A stretch of DNA of 63,909 nucleotides, counting the filler, from an uncultured bacterium (GTDB lineage: Bacteria; B130-G9), in NCBI GenBank assembly GCA_965372715.1. It is 3 parts of 3 records of this genome, joined end to end, with 100 filler letters (N's around TTAATTAATTAA, not from the genome) between each part and the next. Parts side by side here need not be neighbours in the genome. Positions count along the whole stretch, not along the records: positions 1 to 23,247 come from CBDVDH010000058.1; positions 23,348 to 45,554 come from CBDVDH010000059.1; 1 more part is not named here. One strand, 5' to 3'. The notes beneath the pieces are model-generated. The model made no database searches. It was given only the letters and a program-made list of their open reading frames with translations, and had not been told where the DNA came from. Below, one piece after another: positions 17,970 to 27,826 of this stretch (its first letter is position 1; the number at the start of each line of letters is the position of its first letter). A program made the position numbers and the translations under genes.

Positions 17970-19328
17970 ATGAAGTGTCATTGGCCGTTCACCACGATGG
18001 TTGTCCTATCAGACCAGACCGTCGTGTGCGGCTGCACGGACCCCGACAAGAGAAGACCGGTCGGCAATCTGAGCGACCACTCGGTTCCTGAAGTCTGGAA
18101 CGGACAGACCCTAACAAGGCTCAGAAAAGACGTCGCAAGAGGCGCGCTGCCCCGCTTCTGCGATGGTTGCTTTCTTGGGAGGGCTCCCACACAATCTGGC
18201 TGTCGAAGTATCGTGACCGACCGCTCGGCCGGGCCGCAGATCCTTCAGGTCGAGCCGTGCATCCGCTGCAACCTTCGCTGCCCAACGCCTCACTGCGAGC
18301 TGAACAACACAGCCCAGACGCGGGACGAGGCGCTGCTTGGCTATCAGGATTTCTGCCGCATCTTCGATGACGTTGGCCCCAATCTCGAGATACTGCGACT
18401 CTACAATTACGGGGAGAGCTTCCTGAACCCAAGGGCGACGGACATGGTCAGCTACGCGCGCAAGAAGCGAGCGGAGATCTACATCGACTCGCACACCAAT
18501 GGGATGGTCTTCACGACCGAAAAACGGCGCCGACAGCTCGTCGAATGTGGGCTTGATTACATCATATTCAGCATAGACGGCGCGTGCCAGGAATCGTATG
18601 AGAGGTATCGCCGGGGCGGCAATCTGAGCGTGGTGCTTGAGAACCTGGCCACGATTGTCCGGCTCCGCGACGAGCAGGAGTACCCTCGCCTGAGGATATG
18701 CTGGCGATATATCCTCTTCAACTGGAATGACAGCGACGAAGAGATGACGCGTGCTCTTCAACTCGCCAGGGAGATCGGAGTCGATCAGTTCACATGGCTT
18801 CTCAACAGCGCCGACGACAGACTTAGCAGCAGCCGTTTTAGGCCCGGCACGCGCGATTTCGAGCGGATACGGCATGGCGTATGCGGCTTTGCGGGCGGCT
18901 GGGCGAATGCCCTAACCGAGAAAACAGACTCCCGGTATCCGTCAAAACTACTGGCTGAGATCGTGTCCAGCACGGACCAAATCGAAAAGACCCCAGGCGA
19001 GCACATCACTCTGAAAGCGACAATCAAGAATGTCGGGAACACCCGGTGGCTCACTGGGGACACAGATGCACGCGGGACGGTCCGAGCGGGGTACTGTCTG
19101 TTCAAGGGCAGCAGCGCTGACGACCCACCCATAGAGGAGGGACGGGCTCAACTTGGGGCACAAGATGTGCGCCCGGGCGATTCGACCGAAGCCACGCTCG
19201 AACTTAATGCGCCTCGAGACCCAGGCGACTACCTGCTCTGGCTCGACCTGGTCGCGGAACAGATCGACTGGTTTGCCTCGTTCGGCAGCAACGTGGTGCG
19301 TGTTCCGCTGCTCGTCAAGAACTGCTGA
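17970..19328 (+). CDS. Radical SAM protein with N-terminal SPASM/twitch-like domain and C-terminal Ig-like domain
   Basis: GAGGAG RBS; C.WPF...VVCGC.D...GNL...EVWNG...FCDGC; CNLRCPTPHC; NYGESFL; HTNG; FSIDG. Confidence 0.88.
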   Translation: MKCHWPFTTMVVLSDQTVVCGCTDPDKRRPVGNLSDHSVPEVWNGQTLTRLRKDVARGALPRFCDGCFLGRAPTQSGCRSIVTDRSAGPQILQVEPCIRCNLRCPTPHCELNNTAQTRDEALLGYQDFCRIFDDVGPNLEILRLYNYGESFLNPRATDMVSYARKKRAEIYIDSHTNGMVFTTEKRRRQLVECGLDYIIFSIDGACQESYERYRRGGNLSVVLENLATIVRLRDEQEYPRLRICWRYILFNWNDSDEEMTRALQLAREIGVDQFTWLLNSADDRLSSSRFRPGTRDFERIRHGVCGFAGGWANALTEKTDSRYPSKLLAEIVSSTDQIEKTPGEHITLKATIKNVGNTRWLTGDTDARGTVRAGYCLFKGSSADDPPIEEGRAQLGAQDVRPGDSTEATLELNAPRDPGDYLLWLDLVAEQIDWFASFGSNVVRVPLLVKNC

Positions 19329-19387
19329 AGGCGTTCAGCGACGTCTGCGCGAGCAAAGTCCCCAGGAGACGGCCAAAGATCGCGCGG

Positions 19388-20137
19388 CTATCGCTCCGGC
19401 GCGGCTACCCAGCCGTGGGGCCCGAGAAGAGGCACGAACACGCAGCCGGTGATGTCCTTCCTATGAAGTATTCCACCTTTCTTCTCGAACAGCGTCAACG
19501 TCTGATATGAGAGGCTCCTGCCGACCGGTATCACCATCCGACCGCCCTCGGCGAGCTGCGCAACAAGCGGTTTGGGGGCCTCACGACATGCGCACGTCAC
19601 AATAACGCCGTCGAACGGGGCGTGCTCAGGCCACCCAGCGTATCCGTCCCCGACACGCACGTGAACATTCTCGTAACCCAGCTCCTTCAGCCTCGCCTCC
19701 GCAGACCTGCCGAGCGCCTCGATTATCTCGATCGTATAGACCTCTTTCGCAATCTCGGCAAGCACCGCCGCCTGATAGCCCGAGCCAGTCCCGACCTCGA
19801 GCACCTTTGAATCCTTGTTCGCGGCCAGAATCTGCGTCATCAAGGCCACAATATAGGGCTGCGAGATGGTCTGGCCCTCGCCAATCGGCAACGGATAATC
19901 GTTGTAAGCCGCGCGACGCTGCGCCTCGGGCACGAAACGGTGCCGCTCGACCGTACGCATCGCCCGCAGCACGTCAGCGTCCTTGATGCCCCGAGGAACA
20001 AGCTGCGTCTTGACCATCTTCTCACGCTGCTTGGCCAAATCGACGCCGTCCTTGCCTTGATTACCGCCCGCACACCCCGAAAATAGACCGCTCATGACCA
20101 AAAGCCCCAATGTAATAAGTATGAATCCCCGCCTCAT
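19388..20137 (-). CDS. pcm: Protein-L-isoaspartate O-methyltransferase with N-terminal lipoprotein-type signal
   Basis: PLPIGEGQTISQPYIVALM, VLEVGTGSGYQAAVL, GDGYAGW...APFD, QLAEGG; N-terminus MRR-hydrophobic-LFSG/C; GGAGG RBS. Confidence 0.93.
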   Translation of the reverse strand: MRRGFILITLGLLVMSGLFSGCAGGNQGKDGVDLAKQREKMVKTQLVPRGIKDADVLRAMRTVERHRFVPEAQRRAAYNDYPLPIGEGQTISQPYIVALMTQILAANKDSKVLEVGTGSGYQAAVLAEIAKEVYTIEIIEALGRSAEARLKELGYENVHVRVGDGYAGWPEHAPFDGVIVTCACREAPKPLVAQLAEGGRMVIPVGRSLSYQTLTLFEKKGGILHRKDITGCVFVPLLGPHGWVAAPER

Positions 20138-20260
20138 AATACGTCCTCCAGAATCATTGAGACAGCTAAAATTACCATACCATTCTAACCACTGTCCGGC
20201 GACAAACTCAACGGCACTTCCTTCCCGAAGAATCGGATTGATGAGGGCTGGTTCTGGCTT

Positions 20261-20290
20261 CTTGGAGTGCGGCGGCCTGACGCCGCTTTC
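20261..20290. repeat. TGGAGTGCG-type REP-like palindrome
   Basis: TTGGAGTGCGGCGGCCTGACGCCGCTTT. Confidence 0.55.
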
Positions 20291-20643
20291 ATTGGCGGTG
20301 GCACGACACCACCACTGATGGACGGCTCGTAAGCTGCAAAGGCGCCGATCCGCACTTCCCGGAGCTCTCAACTAAAAAAAGGCACCACGTCAAGCGCGGC
20401 CAACCAAACCAGCATCTTGCCACGGCTCTCCCACTCGGCCTCTCTCGAGCCAAAACACCCGATGCGACTCTCCGGGGATTCTCTCATTAAGGAGGAGCTT
20501 GACCCAAAGACTCAGCTCTGATAACAGTTCAATCGTCAACATTCGTCCGGGTACAAACCGATCGCTCTGCCGCCTGCCCAGTCGGGCGCCGGTAACTGAG
20601 GTTACCTCTGGCGACGGGTCGAGCAAAGAGGGTCTGCCGGGAA

Positions 20644-21165
20644 GTGGAATACGTAAGAAGAATGTCCAAGGGCTTCTTCATAGCCGCTTACTTAGGTGGT
20701 CTTGCCCTGAGTGTTCTCGTTCCCGCCCTGGCCATCACTGTCGGTTTCGAGTGGCTTTTTCTAGCCCTGATTCTTGGCCTGTTTTTTCGCCTCTTCTCCT
20801 TCTTCGCGATGATAATCTTCATCTACGACATGTGGCGAGTGATACAGGACGGCCATGCCCGCACTACACCCGGGATGGCCGTCGGGCTGCTCTTCGTGCC
20901 GGTCTTCAACCTCTACTGGGTTTTCCAGGCGGTGTGGGGACTCGCGAAGGACTTCAACGCATATTTAGCCCGCTATCACGTCAACGCGAAGCCGCTTTCG
21001 GAGAAACTATTCCTGGCTTACCCGGCATCTGTGATTCTCTCCCTATACTACGGGCCGCACCCGATTCTCGGTGTTCTGGCAGGGCTGACCGTCCTGGTTC
21101 ACGGCACCATCATCATCTACAAGGGTTGTGACGCGGCGAACGTCGCACGGAATATCGCCACATGA
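20644..21165 (+). CDS. Membrane protein (DUF4328-like)
   Basis: Hydrophobic helices; IYDMWRVIQDGHARTTPGMAVGLLFVPVFNLYW; alternative start ATG 20662. Confidence 0.8.
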   Translation: MEYVRRMSKGFFIAAYLGGLALSVLVPALAITVGFEWLFLALILGLFFRLFSFFAMIIFIYDMWRVIQDGHARTTPGMAVGLLFVPVFNLYWVFQAVWGLAKDFNAYLARYHVNAKPLSEKLFLAYPASVILSLYYGPHPILGVLAGLTVLVHGTIIIYKGCDAANVARNIAT

Positions 21166-21773
21166 TGGGAAGAGTATCAAAGCGCTTCTTCGTCTGGTCA
21201 ATCGCAGGCGGCTACGGCTTGGCCATTCTCCTCCTGATCGTCGCCACGTTTTCTCTCCTTGAACATAAGCCAAAAGCAGCGATCCAATGGGTGTTTGTGG
21301 CGCTGGTACCGTTGGCCTACAGCTGCATCGTCTGGCTCTGCCTCATATATTCGATGTGGCAAGGGATACAGGACGGACACGCCAGAGTAGCTCCCGGAAA
21401 GGCTGTCGGATTCCTATTCATCCCCTTTTTCAGCCTATACTGGGTGTTCCGAGCCGTAGCCTGTTTCCCGAAAGATTACAGCAACTTCATAGGACGCCAC
21501 GAGCTGCACGCCGACAGGCTAGAGCCTCACATTTTTGTCGCCTACTCCGTCCTTGCTTGCACTCAGTTTCCCACCGCAGTTCCCCTGTTGGTTATCAGGT
21601 GCATACTGGCATCGCGAATATGCGACGCGATCAACGCCATTCCCGAGTTGGGGACTATTCTGAATGGCGAGCCCGACGGCCAGCGCCCGATATTCAAAGC
21701 AAAAGCCTACAAGCCTAGACGAATCGAGCCCGGTCCGTTCGATTTTGGCGCTCACCTGAGGGACGACGGATAG
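21162..21773 (+). CDS. Membrane protein (DUF4328-like), tandem paralog
   Basis: IYSMWQGIQDGHARVAPGKAVGFLFIPFFSLYW; ATGA overlap with the previous gene. Confidence 0.8.
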   Translation: MMGRVSKRFFVWSIAGGYGLAILLLIVATFSLLEHKPKAAIQWVFVALVPLAYSCIVWLCLIYSMWQGIQDGHARVAPGKAVGFLFIPFFSLYWVFRAVACFPKDYSNFIGRHELHADRLEPHIFVAYSVLACTQFPTAVPLLVIRCILASRICDAINAIPELGTILNGEPDGQRPIFKAKAYKPRRIEPGPFDFGAHLRDDG

Positions 21774-21896
21774 TTCCTTTAGACCCGCAAGCCCCGTTTT
21801 ATTGACTACGTAGGGGATACGGGTATTCTTGCCGCTGCGTTCGCAAAACGGAATCGAAACGCTCGATGATTCACGACCATTTCTGAAGGAGCCGAC

Positions 21897-22823
21897 ATGA
21901 AAGTATTAGTAACTGGCGGGGCGGGGTTCATCGCGTCGCATTTAGTGGACAGGTTGATTGCGGATGGGCACTCGGTGACGATTGTGGATGATCTCTCGAC
22001 GGGGTTCAGGGAGAACATCAACCCCCAGGCGACCTTTTACGAGATGGATATTCGGGACGAGGCGCTGGCCGAGGTGTTTGAGAAGGAGCGGCCAGACATC
22101 GTGGATCATCACGCTGCGCAGATGGCCGTCATAAAGTCCGTCTCAGAGCCACAGTTCGACGCCGACGTCAACATTGGCGGCTCGATCAATATCATCCTCA
22201 ACTGCCTCAAATACGACGTCAAGAAACTCGTCTATATCTCGACCGGCGGGGCCGTCTATGGCGAGCCGCAGTATCTCCCGACGGACGAGGCGCACCCGAT
22301 CAATCCCATATCGCAGTATGGCATCTCGAAGCACACCGTCGAGCACTACCTGTTTCTCTACAACCTGACGGACGGCCTCAAATACACGGCCCTGCGCTAC
22401 CCGAACGTCTATGGCCCCAGGCAGTATCCCTACGGTGAGGCGGGGGTTACCGCGATCTTCTCGGCCAAGATGCTCAAGGCCGAGACAGTAACCATCTTTG
22501 GCGACGGCGAGCAGCTCCGCGACTACGTCTATGTCGATGACATTGTCGAGGCGAACGTCCTTGCGATGACGGACCCTGCGTCCGACAACGAGATACTCAA
22601 CATCGGCTCTGGCAGGGGCGCCTCGGTCAACGAGATATTCCGGATAATCAAGCAGGCCACCGGCTTCGACAGCGAGCCAATCTACGCCCCCACCCGCAAG
22701 GGCGAGGTCTATAAGATATACATCTCCGCGGCCAAAGCGAAAAGGATCATGGGCTGGCAGCCCAAAGTCTCCTTCGAGCAAGGCCTCATGCGCCTCGTGG
22801 AATACCAGCGCAGCCGGGCCTGA
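21897..22823 (+). CDS. NAD-dependent epimerase/dehydratase (UDP-glucose 4-epimerase-like)
   Basis: VTGGAGFIASH, STGGAVYGE, YGISK, LRYPNVYGPRQ; AGGAG RBS. Confidence 0.95.
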   Translation: MKVLVTGGAGFIASHLVDRLIADGHSVTIVDDLSTGFRENINPQATFYEMDIRDEALAEVFEKERPDIVDHHAAQMAVIKSVSEPQFDADVNIGGSINIILNCLKYDVKKLVYISTGGAVYGEPQYLPTDEAHPINPISQYGISKHTVEHYLFLYNLTDGLKYTALRYPNVYGPRQYPYGEAGVTAIFSAKMLKAETVTIFGDGEQLRDYVYVDDIVEANVLAMTDPASDNEILNIGSGRGASVNEIFRIIKQATGFDSEPIYAPTRKGEVYKIYISAAKAKRIMGWQPKVSFEQGLMRLVEYQRSRA

Positions 22824-23171
22824 TTCACGGCCGAACTCCGAGACTGGAGCTCCACCCTGCTCATCATCATAGAGTGTGGAGGTTATCCAAAGGACAAACT
22901 CCCGCCTGACTTCTCCGGCAGATTCGCGAGGATAAACTCCCCACTCGAGGAGGTTCGAAAGACAAAGATCAAGCCCTTCGTAGATCAACTTCATGATGCA
23001 GAAGACATCTGACCTCGCAATACCTGTTTCGTTGCTGCTCGGGCGTGGCGAATCGAAATACACGAGCCTTTTCACACGTTCCCTGCACCAGCCTACGGCG
23101 GCTCAGTTGAATGCTGATACATTGCTGATTGCGACCGTGCAGGCGCACGGCATTACGAGCGACGCCTTAAT

Positions 23172-23247
23172 GCCCCAAAGGGGCATGATATGACTAGCCG
23201 TAGGTTTCAACCTACGGATCAGAGACAGGCAGAAACCTCATAAAGCC
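23172..23247. repeat. Left part of a GCCC-AAAGGG / TAGCC-hairpin MITE-like repeat at a contig end
   Basis: GCCCCAAAGGGGC...TAGCCGTAGGTTTCAACCTACGG; same architecture as 52317-52506. Confidence 0.65.
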
Positions 23248-23347
23248 NNNNNNNNNNNNNNNNNNNNNNNNNNNNNNNNNNNNNNNNNNNNTTAATTAAT
23301 TAANNNNNNNNNNNNNNNNNNNNNNNNNNNNNNNNNNNNNNNNNNNN
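23248..23347. other. Assembly gap / artificial contig linker
   Basis: 100 positions of N with central TTAATTAATTAA. Confidence 0.98.
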
Positions 23348-23399
23348 CACCACCCCCACGCCGCGTGGGGCGCCCGCGGGGGCTCCCCGCCCCCCCCCG

Positions 23400-23478
23400 C
23401 CTCAGGGTGAGGATTGGATGGCCCCGGATACCCCGCGTTGAAACGCGGGGCTACTCACGTTGCTCCCCTTCAGGGAGC
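23400..23478. repeat. Right part of the same MITE-like repeat family
   Basis: ATACCCCGCGTTGAAACGCGGGGCTAC.CACGT...CCCCTTCAGGG, closely matching 52459-52506. Confidence 0.7.
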
Positions 23479-23727
23479 GCTTCATCCGCGTGAAATGGTT
23501 GTGTCGTCAAGGATTTGAGCACGATACTGTGGCCGGGCCACAATGACGAAGTCATTGGCGGCCGCCATCAGATTGCTCTGCGATACGATGGCACATTGCT
23601 CAAAAGCGGCGCAGGGGTGTCAGCGCCACATGCAGACCTGATTGAATACAGCCTCGTTCTTAACCTGTTGTCTTAGGCAGGCTGGAAAGCCCGCCCCACA
23701 CCCACGCGACCCGCAGCAGACCCCGCG

Positions 23728-24888
23728 CTACTTCAGGGCGTCTTTGGCGGCGTAGAAGTCGCGGGAGAAGGAGAGCGAGTTGAAGATTGCGGGGTCGATG
23801 AGGGGTTTGCCGTGGACGATGAGGTTGGCCAGGTTGGCGCCGATGCCGGGGCCGAGCATGAAACCGTGGCCGCACATCCCGACCGCCAGATAGAGGCCTG
23901 GGACCTGATCGACAGCACCGACAATTGGGAAGCCGTCGGGTGTCATTGGGTAGAGGCCTCGCCAGAGGCGCCGGACGAGGAGGTTCTTGAGGCGGGGGAT
24001 GAGGTCGATGAGGCGCTGGGCGATGCTTGGCGCGAACTCCGACGTGCAGCGGTGGTCCGTGCCGACGAAGAGCTCGGCGGGCGTGTAGCAGAATATGAGC
24101 GCGCCGTGCTCGTTCTGGCCGAAGTAGAAGTTTGAGCTCCGGCCGTCCGGGCCCGGTCTGAGGTCAACCACCAACGGCTTCAGAAACTGCTCAACGGGCG
24201 CCGTGATGCCCGCCTCGTGACTGTCGGGGACGACGGGAATCTCGAGGCCGATGGACTTGCCAAGCTCGTTGGCGTAAGCGCCTGCCGCGTTGACGACGAC
24301 CGGCGCCGAATAGTGCTCCTTGTCGGTTGTAACACCTAAAACTCCTTGTTTATCGGAGGTTATGGCCTGAACCTTCTGGTTGAACTTGAAGTCGCAGCCG
24401 AGGGATTCCGCGACCCTGTGCATCTCGTAAGCGGCCATGAGCGGCGACACCTGACCGTCCTCCGGCGAATATGTCCCGCCGCGAAGCCCTTCCTGGTTGA
24501 CGCCGGGGATGATCTCCTTTATCGCCTCAGCGTCAACCCAGTCGATGTTGAGGCCAAACTCCTTCTGGATGGGCAGAATGCCCTTCAGAAATTCCTCTTC
24601 GGCCTCGCGAAATACTGGGAAGCAATAGCCGCCCATTTTCCAGCCGACGGTTCGGCCGTAGGTGTCCGCCCATGTGGCGTAGATACGGAGGCTCTCGAGG
24701 CAGAGCTTTATCTTGGCGGGGTATGAGTGTGTCGCCCTGACGCCGCCGATTGCCGCTTTATTCTCACCCTGTCCGCAGGAGGCATTTGACTCAACGACGA
24801 GCACCTTCAGCTTCTCTTTGGCGAGAAACATGGCCGTCGGAAGGCCAACACTGCCTGCGCCGATGACTATCGCGTCGTAGAACCTCAA
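23728..24888 (-). CDS. FAD-dependent oxidoreductase, sarcosine oxidase beta / dye-linked proline dehydrogenase beta family
   Basis: VIGAGSVG, VVNAAG, RLWRGLYPMTPDGFPIVG, GMCGHGFMLGPG. Confidence 0.92.
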   Translation of the reverse strand: MRFYDAIVIGAGSVGLPTAMFLAKEKLKVLVVESNASCGQGENKAAIGGVRATHSYPAKIKLCLESLRIYATWADTYGRTVGWKMGGYCFPVFREAEEEFLKGILPIQKEFGLNIDWVDAEAIKEIIPGVNQEGLRGGTYSPEDGQVSPLMAAYEMHRVAESLGCDFKFNQKVQAITSDKQGVLGVTTDKEHYSAPVVVNAAGAYANELGKSIGLEIPVVPDSHEAGITAPVEQFLKPLVVDLRPGPDGRSSNFYFGQNEHGALIFCYTPAELFVGTDHRCTSEFAPSIAQRLIDLIPRLKNLLVRRLWRGLYPMTPDGFPIVGAVDQVPGLYLAVGMCGHGFMLGPGIGANLANLIVHGKPLIDPAIFNSLSFSRDFYAAKDALK

Positions 24889-26957
24889 CTTCCTTCCTCC
24901 CTGGCGTAGGCGAGCGCAGAGAGCGGGACCTCAGCGACGAACGGCCGCTCTGTTGGCGGGGTTACGTCATCGAGCGGCACGCCCTCCTCGCGGAAGACAC
25001 GCTGGATGAGCTCCGTGCAGGTCTTGCCGCCGCAGGCGCCCATCCCGGTCCGCAGCGAGGCCTTTAGCTGGTTCATGTCCCGCACGCCGCGCCGTATTTC
25101 AGCAACGATCTCGCGCCTCGTCACCCGCTCGCATCGGCACACGATTACGTCGTCATCGAATTGCGCGCCGGTCTCGTCCCACTGCTCAATCGGCCGCTGA
25201 ATCTTGTATCCAGCAACGTCGAGCCGCTGCTCGTAAGGGACCTCGACCATGACCAGGTCTCTTTTATCGAGAAGCGGCGACCTTTTGACCGCAATAACTC
25301 TTCCCTCGCCGAGGGTTTGCCCCTCGAGGTCGGTCGTCTGAACGAGACGCTGCCTGAGCAGAGCCTTGCCGTCAGTCTCGGATGGCATAATGACGAGCGC
25401 GAGCCTTTTCTCTGGGTCGTAGTCTTCCGCGACGAGTGTGATCGCAAGTCCCGGGCAGATCGAGACACATCGTCCACAGCCCGTGCAGTGGCCGCTGAAT
25501 TCCGGCAGCGTCGTAATCGACTCACCCGCGAGTCTGATCGAGCGCATTGGGCAAACCTGAGCGCACGGATCGCATGGAATCTCTTCGTGGCAGTGGATTG
25601 CAGGATAGATGCTGAGGTTCTGCGCCTGGGGCCCCGCGACTGTCGTCCCGCCGGGCTTGCTGCGCAGCGTCTCCATGAGCGGGCCCCAGGCGCGGGGCAC
25701 GTATATCGGTTCGCCGAGCATTTTCGCTATCTTGCGGCCTACAAGACGCCCGGAGAACATGGCGGCGCTAGCCTCGGCTATCTCCTGTGCGTCGCCGGCG
25801 GACACGGCAGGGACGTCAGCCCGCTTCGCCATATTGAAGAGCTCATCTAGCGGCGAGAGGCCAACGGCGACGAGTATCGTATCGACCTCGAAGCGCCTCG
25901 ACGTGCCGCCAAGGACCCTGAAGGAAGAATCGACCTGCGCGATTTCGATGCCCGTAACTTCCGTTCTCCCGAACGCCCTTACGACGGTGTGGGAAGTATA
26001 GACGGGCACGCCGAGCCTCAATATCTTATCAAGATGAACCTTGTAGCCGCCGCATTTGGGAAGCGCCTCGACCAGGCCGACGACCTCTATGCCCGCCTGA
26101 ATCGCATGATATGCGGCGATCAGGCCGACGTTTCCGCCACCGACGATGAAGAGTCGGTCCGTTGGGCGAACGAGGTCGCGATTGACAAGCGTCTGAAATG
26201 CGCCGGCGCCATAGACGCCCGGGAGGTCGCATCCTGGGAACGCCAGGTTCTTCTCCCTCGCGCCGGTGGAGATAAGGATGACGTTCGGGTGGACGAGGAC
26301 GTAGCGCGAGCCTCGCTGCACGCCGACCCTCTTGTCCGCAAATACGCCAACGGCTGTTGACGCCGTCCAAGTCTCAACGGACTCGAGCTCAGCAACCTGC
26401 CTGGCGAGAATACGGCCAATCTCATTGCCTCTCGTCCCGGCGAAGCAATCGTCAATCGAGCCGAAAAAGGCGTGTGTCTGAAGGCCGAGCTTGCCGCCCA
26501 GCTCCTCCTTGTCATCGACGACGAGGGTCTCGATGCCGAGTCGTCCCAACTCGATTGCGGCGCAAAGGCCCGACGGGCCCCCGCCGATTATCAGCACATC
26601 CGTCTCGAAAGTCTGAACCTCGTCAAAGGCAACTGGCTTGTCCAGTGGCGGAAGAGCGGGCATCCCGTCGCAACTCGTAACGACCGTTCCCTCCTGAGCA
26701 AGCGTCATGCACGCTTTGACGGGGACGCCGTCGGCGACGACCATGCACTGGGAGCATTGCCCGTTCGCGCAGAATATGCCCATTGGCGCGTTATCCTTCG
26801 GATGATGCCCGAACACCTTGATCCCGCTGGCAAAGAGCGCCGATGAGATAACCTCGCCCCGTCTAGCGCGTACGGGCTGGCCGTTGAAGGTGAATAAGAA
26901 TTCTGGAACATCGAGGATGTCGAGAATGGGATGAGCTTTCAGCCTGAGGTCTCTCAC
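24885..26957 (-). CDS. Sarcosine oxidase alpha-like / HcnAB-like fusion: 2Fe-2S + FAD/NAD oxidoreductase + 4Fe-4S + BFD-like 2Fe-2S
   Basis: GIFCANGQCSQC, IIGGGPSG, TGARE...FPG, CHEEIPCDPCAQVCP, CTGCGRCVSICPG, VCRCE...GMGACGGKTC; GTG start overlaps the upstream TGA. Confidence 0.9.
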   Translation of the reverse strand: MRDLRLKAHPILDILDVPEFLFTFNGQPVRARRGEVISSALFASGIKVFGHHPKDNAPMGIFCANGQCSQCMVVADGVPVKACMTLAQEGTVVTSCDGMPALPPLDKPVAFDEVQTFETDVLIIGGGPSGLCAAIELGRLGIETLVVDDKEELGGKLGLQTHAFFGSIDDCFAGTRGNEIGRILARQVAELESVETWTASTAVGVFADKRVGVQRGSRYVLVHPNVILISTGAREKNLAFPGCDLPGVYGAGAFQTLVNRDLVRPTDRLFIVGGGNVGLIAAYHAIQAGIEVVGLVEALPKCGGYKVHLDKILRLGVPVYTSHTVVRAFGRTEVTGIEIAQVDSSFRVLGGTSRRFEVDTILVAVGLSPLDELFNMAKRADVPAVSAGDAQEIAEASAAMFSGRLVGRKIAKMLGEPIYVPRAWGPLMETLRSKPGGTTVAGPQAQNLSIYPAIHCHEEIPCDPCAQVCPMRSIRLAGESITTLPEFSGHCTGCGRCVSICPGLAITLVAEDYDPEKRLALVIMPSETDGKALLRQRLVQTTDLEGQTLGEGRVIAVKRSPLLDKRDLVMVEVPYEQRLDVAGYKIQRPIEQWDETGAQFDDDVIVCRCERVTRREIVAEIRRGVRDMNQLKASLRTGMGACGGKTCTELIQRVFREEGVPLDDVTPPTERPFVAEVPLSALAYAREEGS

Positions 26958-27826
26958 TGGCTGTTCCCTTCTAGAAGGGACGAGAGAAAAACCACGAGGT
27001 CTTGCACGTCGATCTGGCTCTTGACCCACGCGCCCGGCCGCAGTGTGAACTTCAGGCCGACGAGGCATCTCGGACATAACGTCAAAATGCGCTCGCAGCC
27101 GGCGTCAATTGCCGCATCGATCAGCCGGTCAACTCTCTCCTTCGCCTTCGCATCCTTGGGCAGCCATCCGTTCCCGCGGCAGTCAGCAAGCTCCGGATTC
27201 CTCTTGGAAAGGTCAACAACGCCGGGCCCTATGAGAGCGGCGAGCTTTGAGACATCAAATCGAGCCGTCACTCCATCCGAACTGCGAAAACAAGATGGCC
27301 AAATAGCTGTTTGGGGAGGCAGCACGACGCCGGCCAACCTTCCCGAGATGAACTCCGCCAAATGCAGCACCTCGCACCCTTGATCGAGGCCCAAGGCGGG
27401 GTATTGGCTCAACATCCAGGCCCCGTCGCTGCACGTCGTCAGGATCGTCTTCGCACAGACTGCCTCGAACATCTCAGCGTTTTGCTCCGCGAGAGACCTC
27501 ACAGTGTCCTTTTCGCCGTTCAAATGGGCGTCAAGCCCGCAACAGACCTCATTTGGCAGGATGACTGGTTGGATGCCAAGAGTATTGAGCAATCGAATCG
27601 CCGCCCTCGGAATTGAAAGAAGGCTGGTCTCGACCTGATCGCCAAATAGGATGTCAGCATAAGGCAAGCAGCCTACGAAATAGACTATCGGCCCCGTCTC
27701 TGCAACGTTGAGGGACTCGTCGAGCCACGAATGCCGATTCTGTTTCAGGCCTCCTTTCGCCTGAAGTCGGGCAATTGTCCTCAACATCTCTCGGTTCGTG
27801 AAGCCGCAAGTGGTATCAGTCGTCAT
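26954..27826 (-). CDS. HdrD-like CCG-domain (Fe-S)-binding protein, lacking the N-terminal ferredoxin domain
   Basis: YFVGCLPY, NEVCCG, LTTCSDG, degenerate second CCG (DCRG...TLCPRC). Confidence 0.8.
   Translation of the reverse strand: MTTDTTCGFTNREMLRTIARLQAKGGLKQNRHSWLDESLNVAETGPIVYFVGCLPYADILFGDQVETSLLSIPRAAIRLLNTLGIQPVILPNEVCCGLDAHLNGEKDTVRSLAEQNAEMFEAVCAKTILTTCSDGAWMLSQYPALGLDQGCEVLHLAEFISGRLAGVVLPPQTAIWPSCFRSSDGVTARFDVSKLAALIGPGVVDLSKRNPELADCRGNGWLPKDAKAKERVDRLIDAAIDAGCERILTLCPRCLVGLKFTLRPGAWVKSQIDVQDLVVFLSSLLEGNSQ

Noticed and set aside
18950-19328. Radical SAM C-terminal Ig domain as a seventh copy of the shared secreted domain
   Set aside because: Lacks the DG.LY(F/Y).P.W and S.IA motifs, and the protein has no signal peptide
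22143-23075. 310-aa minus-strand ORF
   Set aside because: Mostly an antisense shadow of the epimerase; the unique 5' part has no recognisable motif
23292-23303. TTAATTAATTAA palindrome inside N runs (also 45599-45610)
   Set aside because: Artificial all-frame stop linker between contigs; adjacency across the gaps cannot be trusted
23172-23478. One continuous MITE spanning the first gap
   Set aside because: The halves are on different contigs and may come from different copies; 23348-23400 also looks like low-quality sequence
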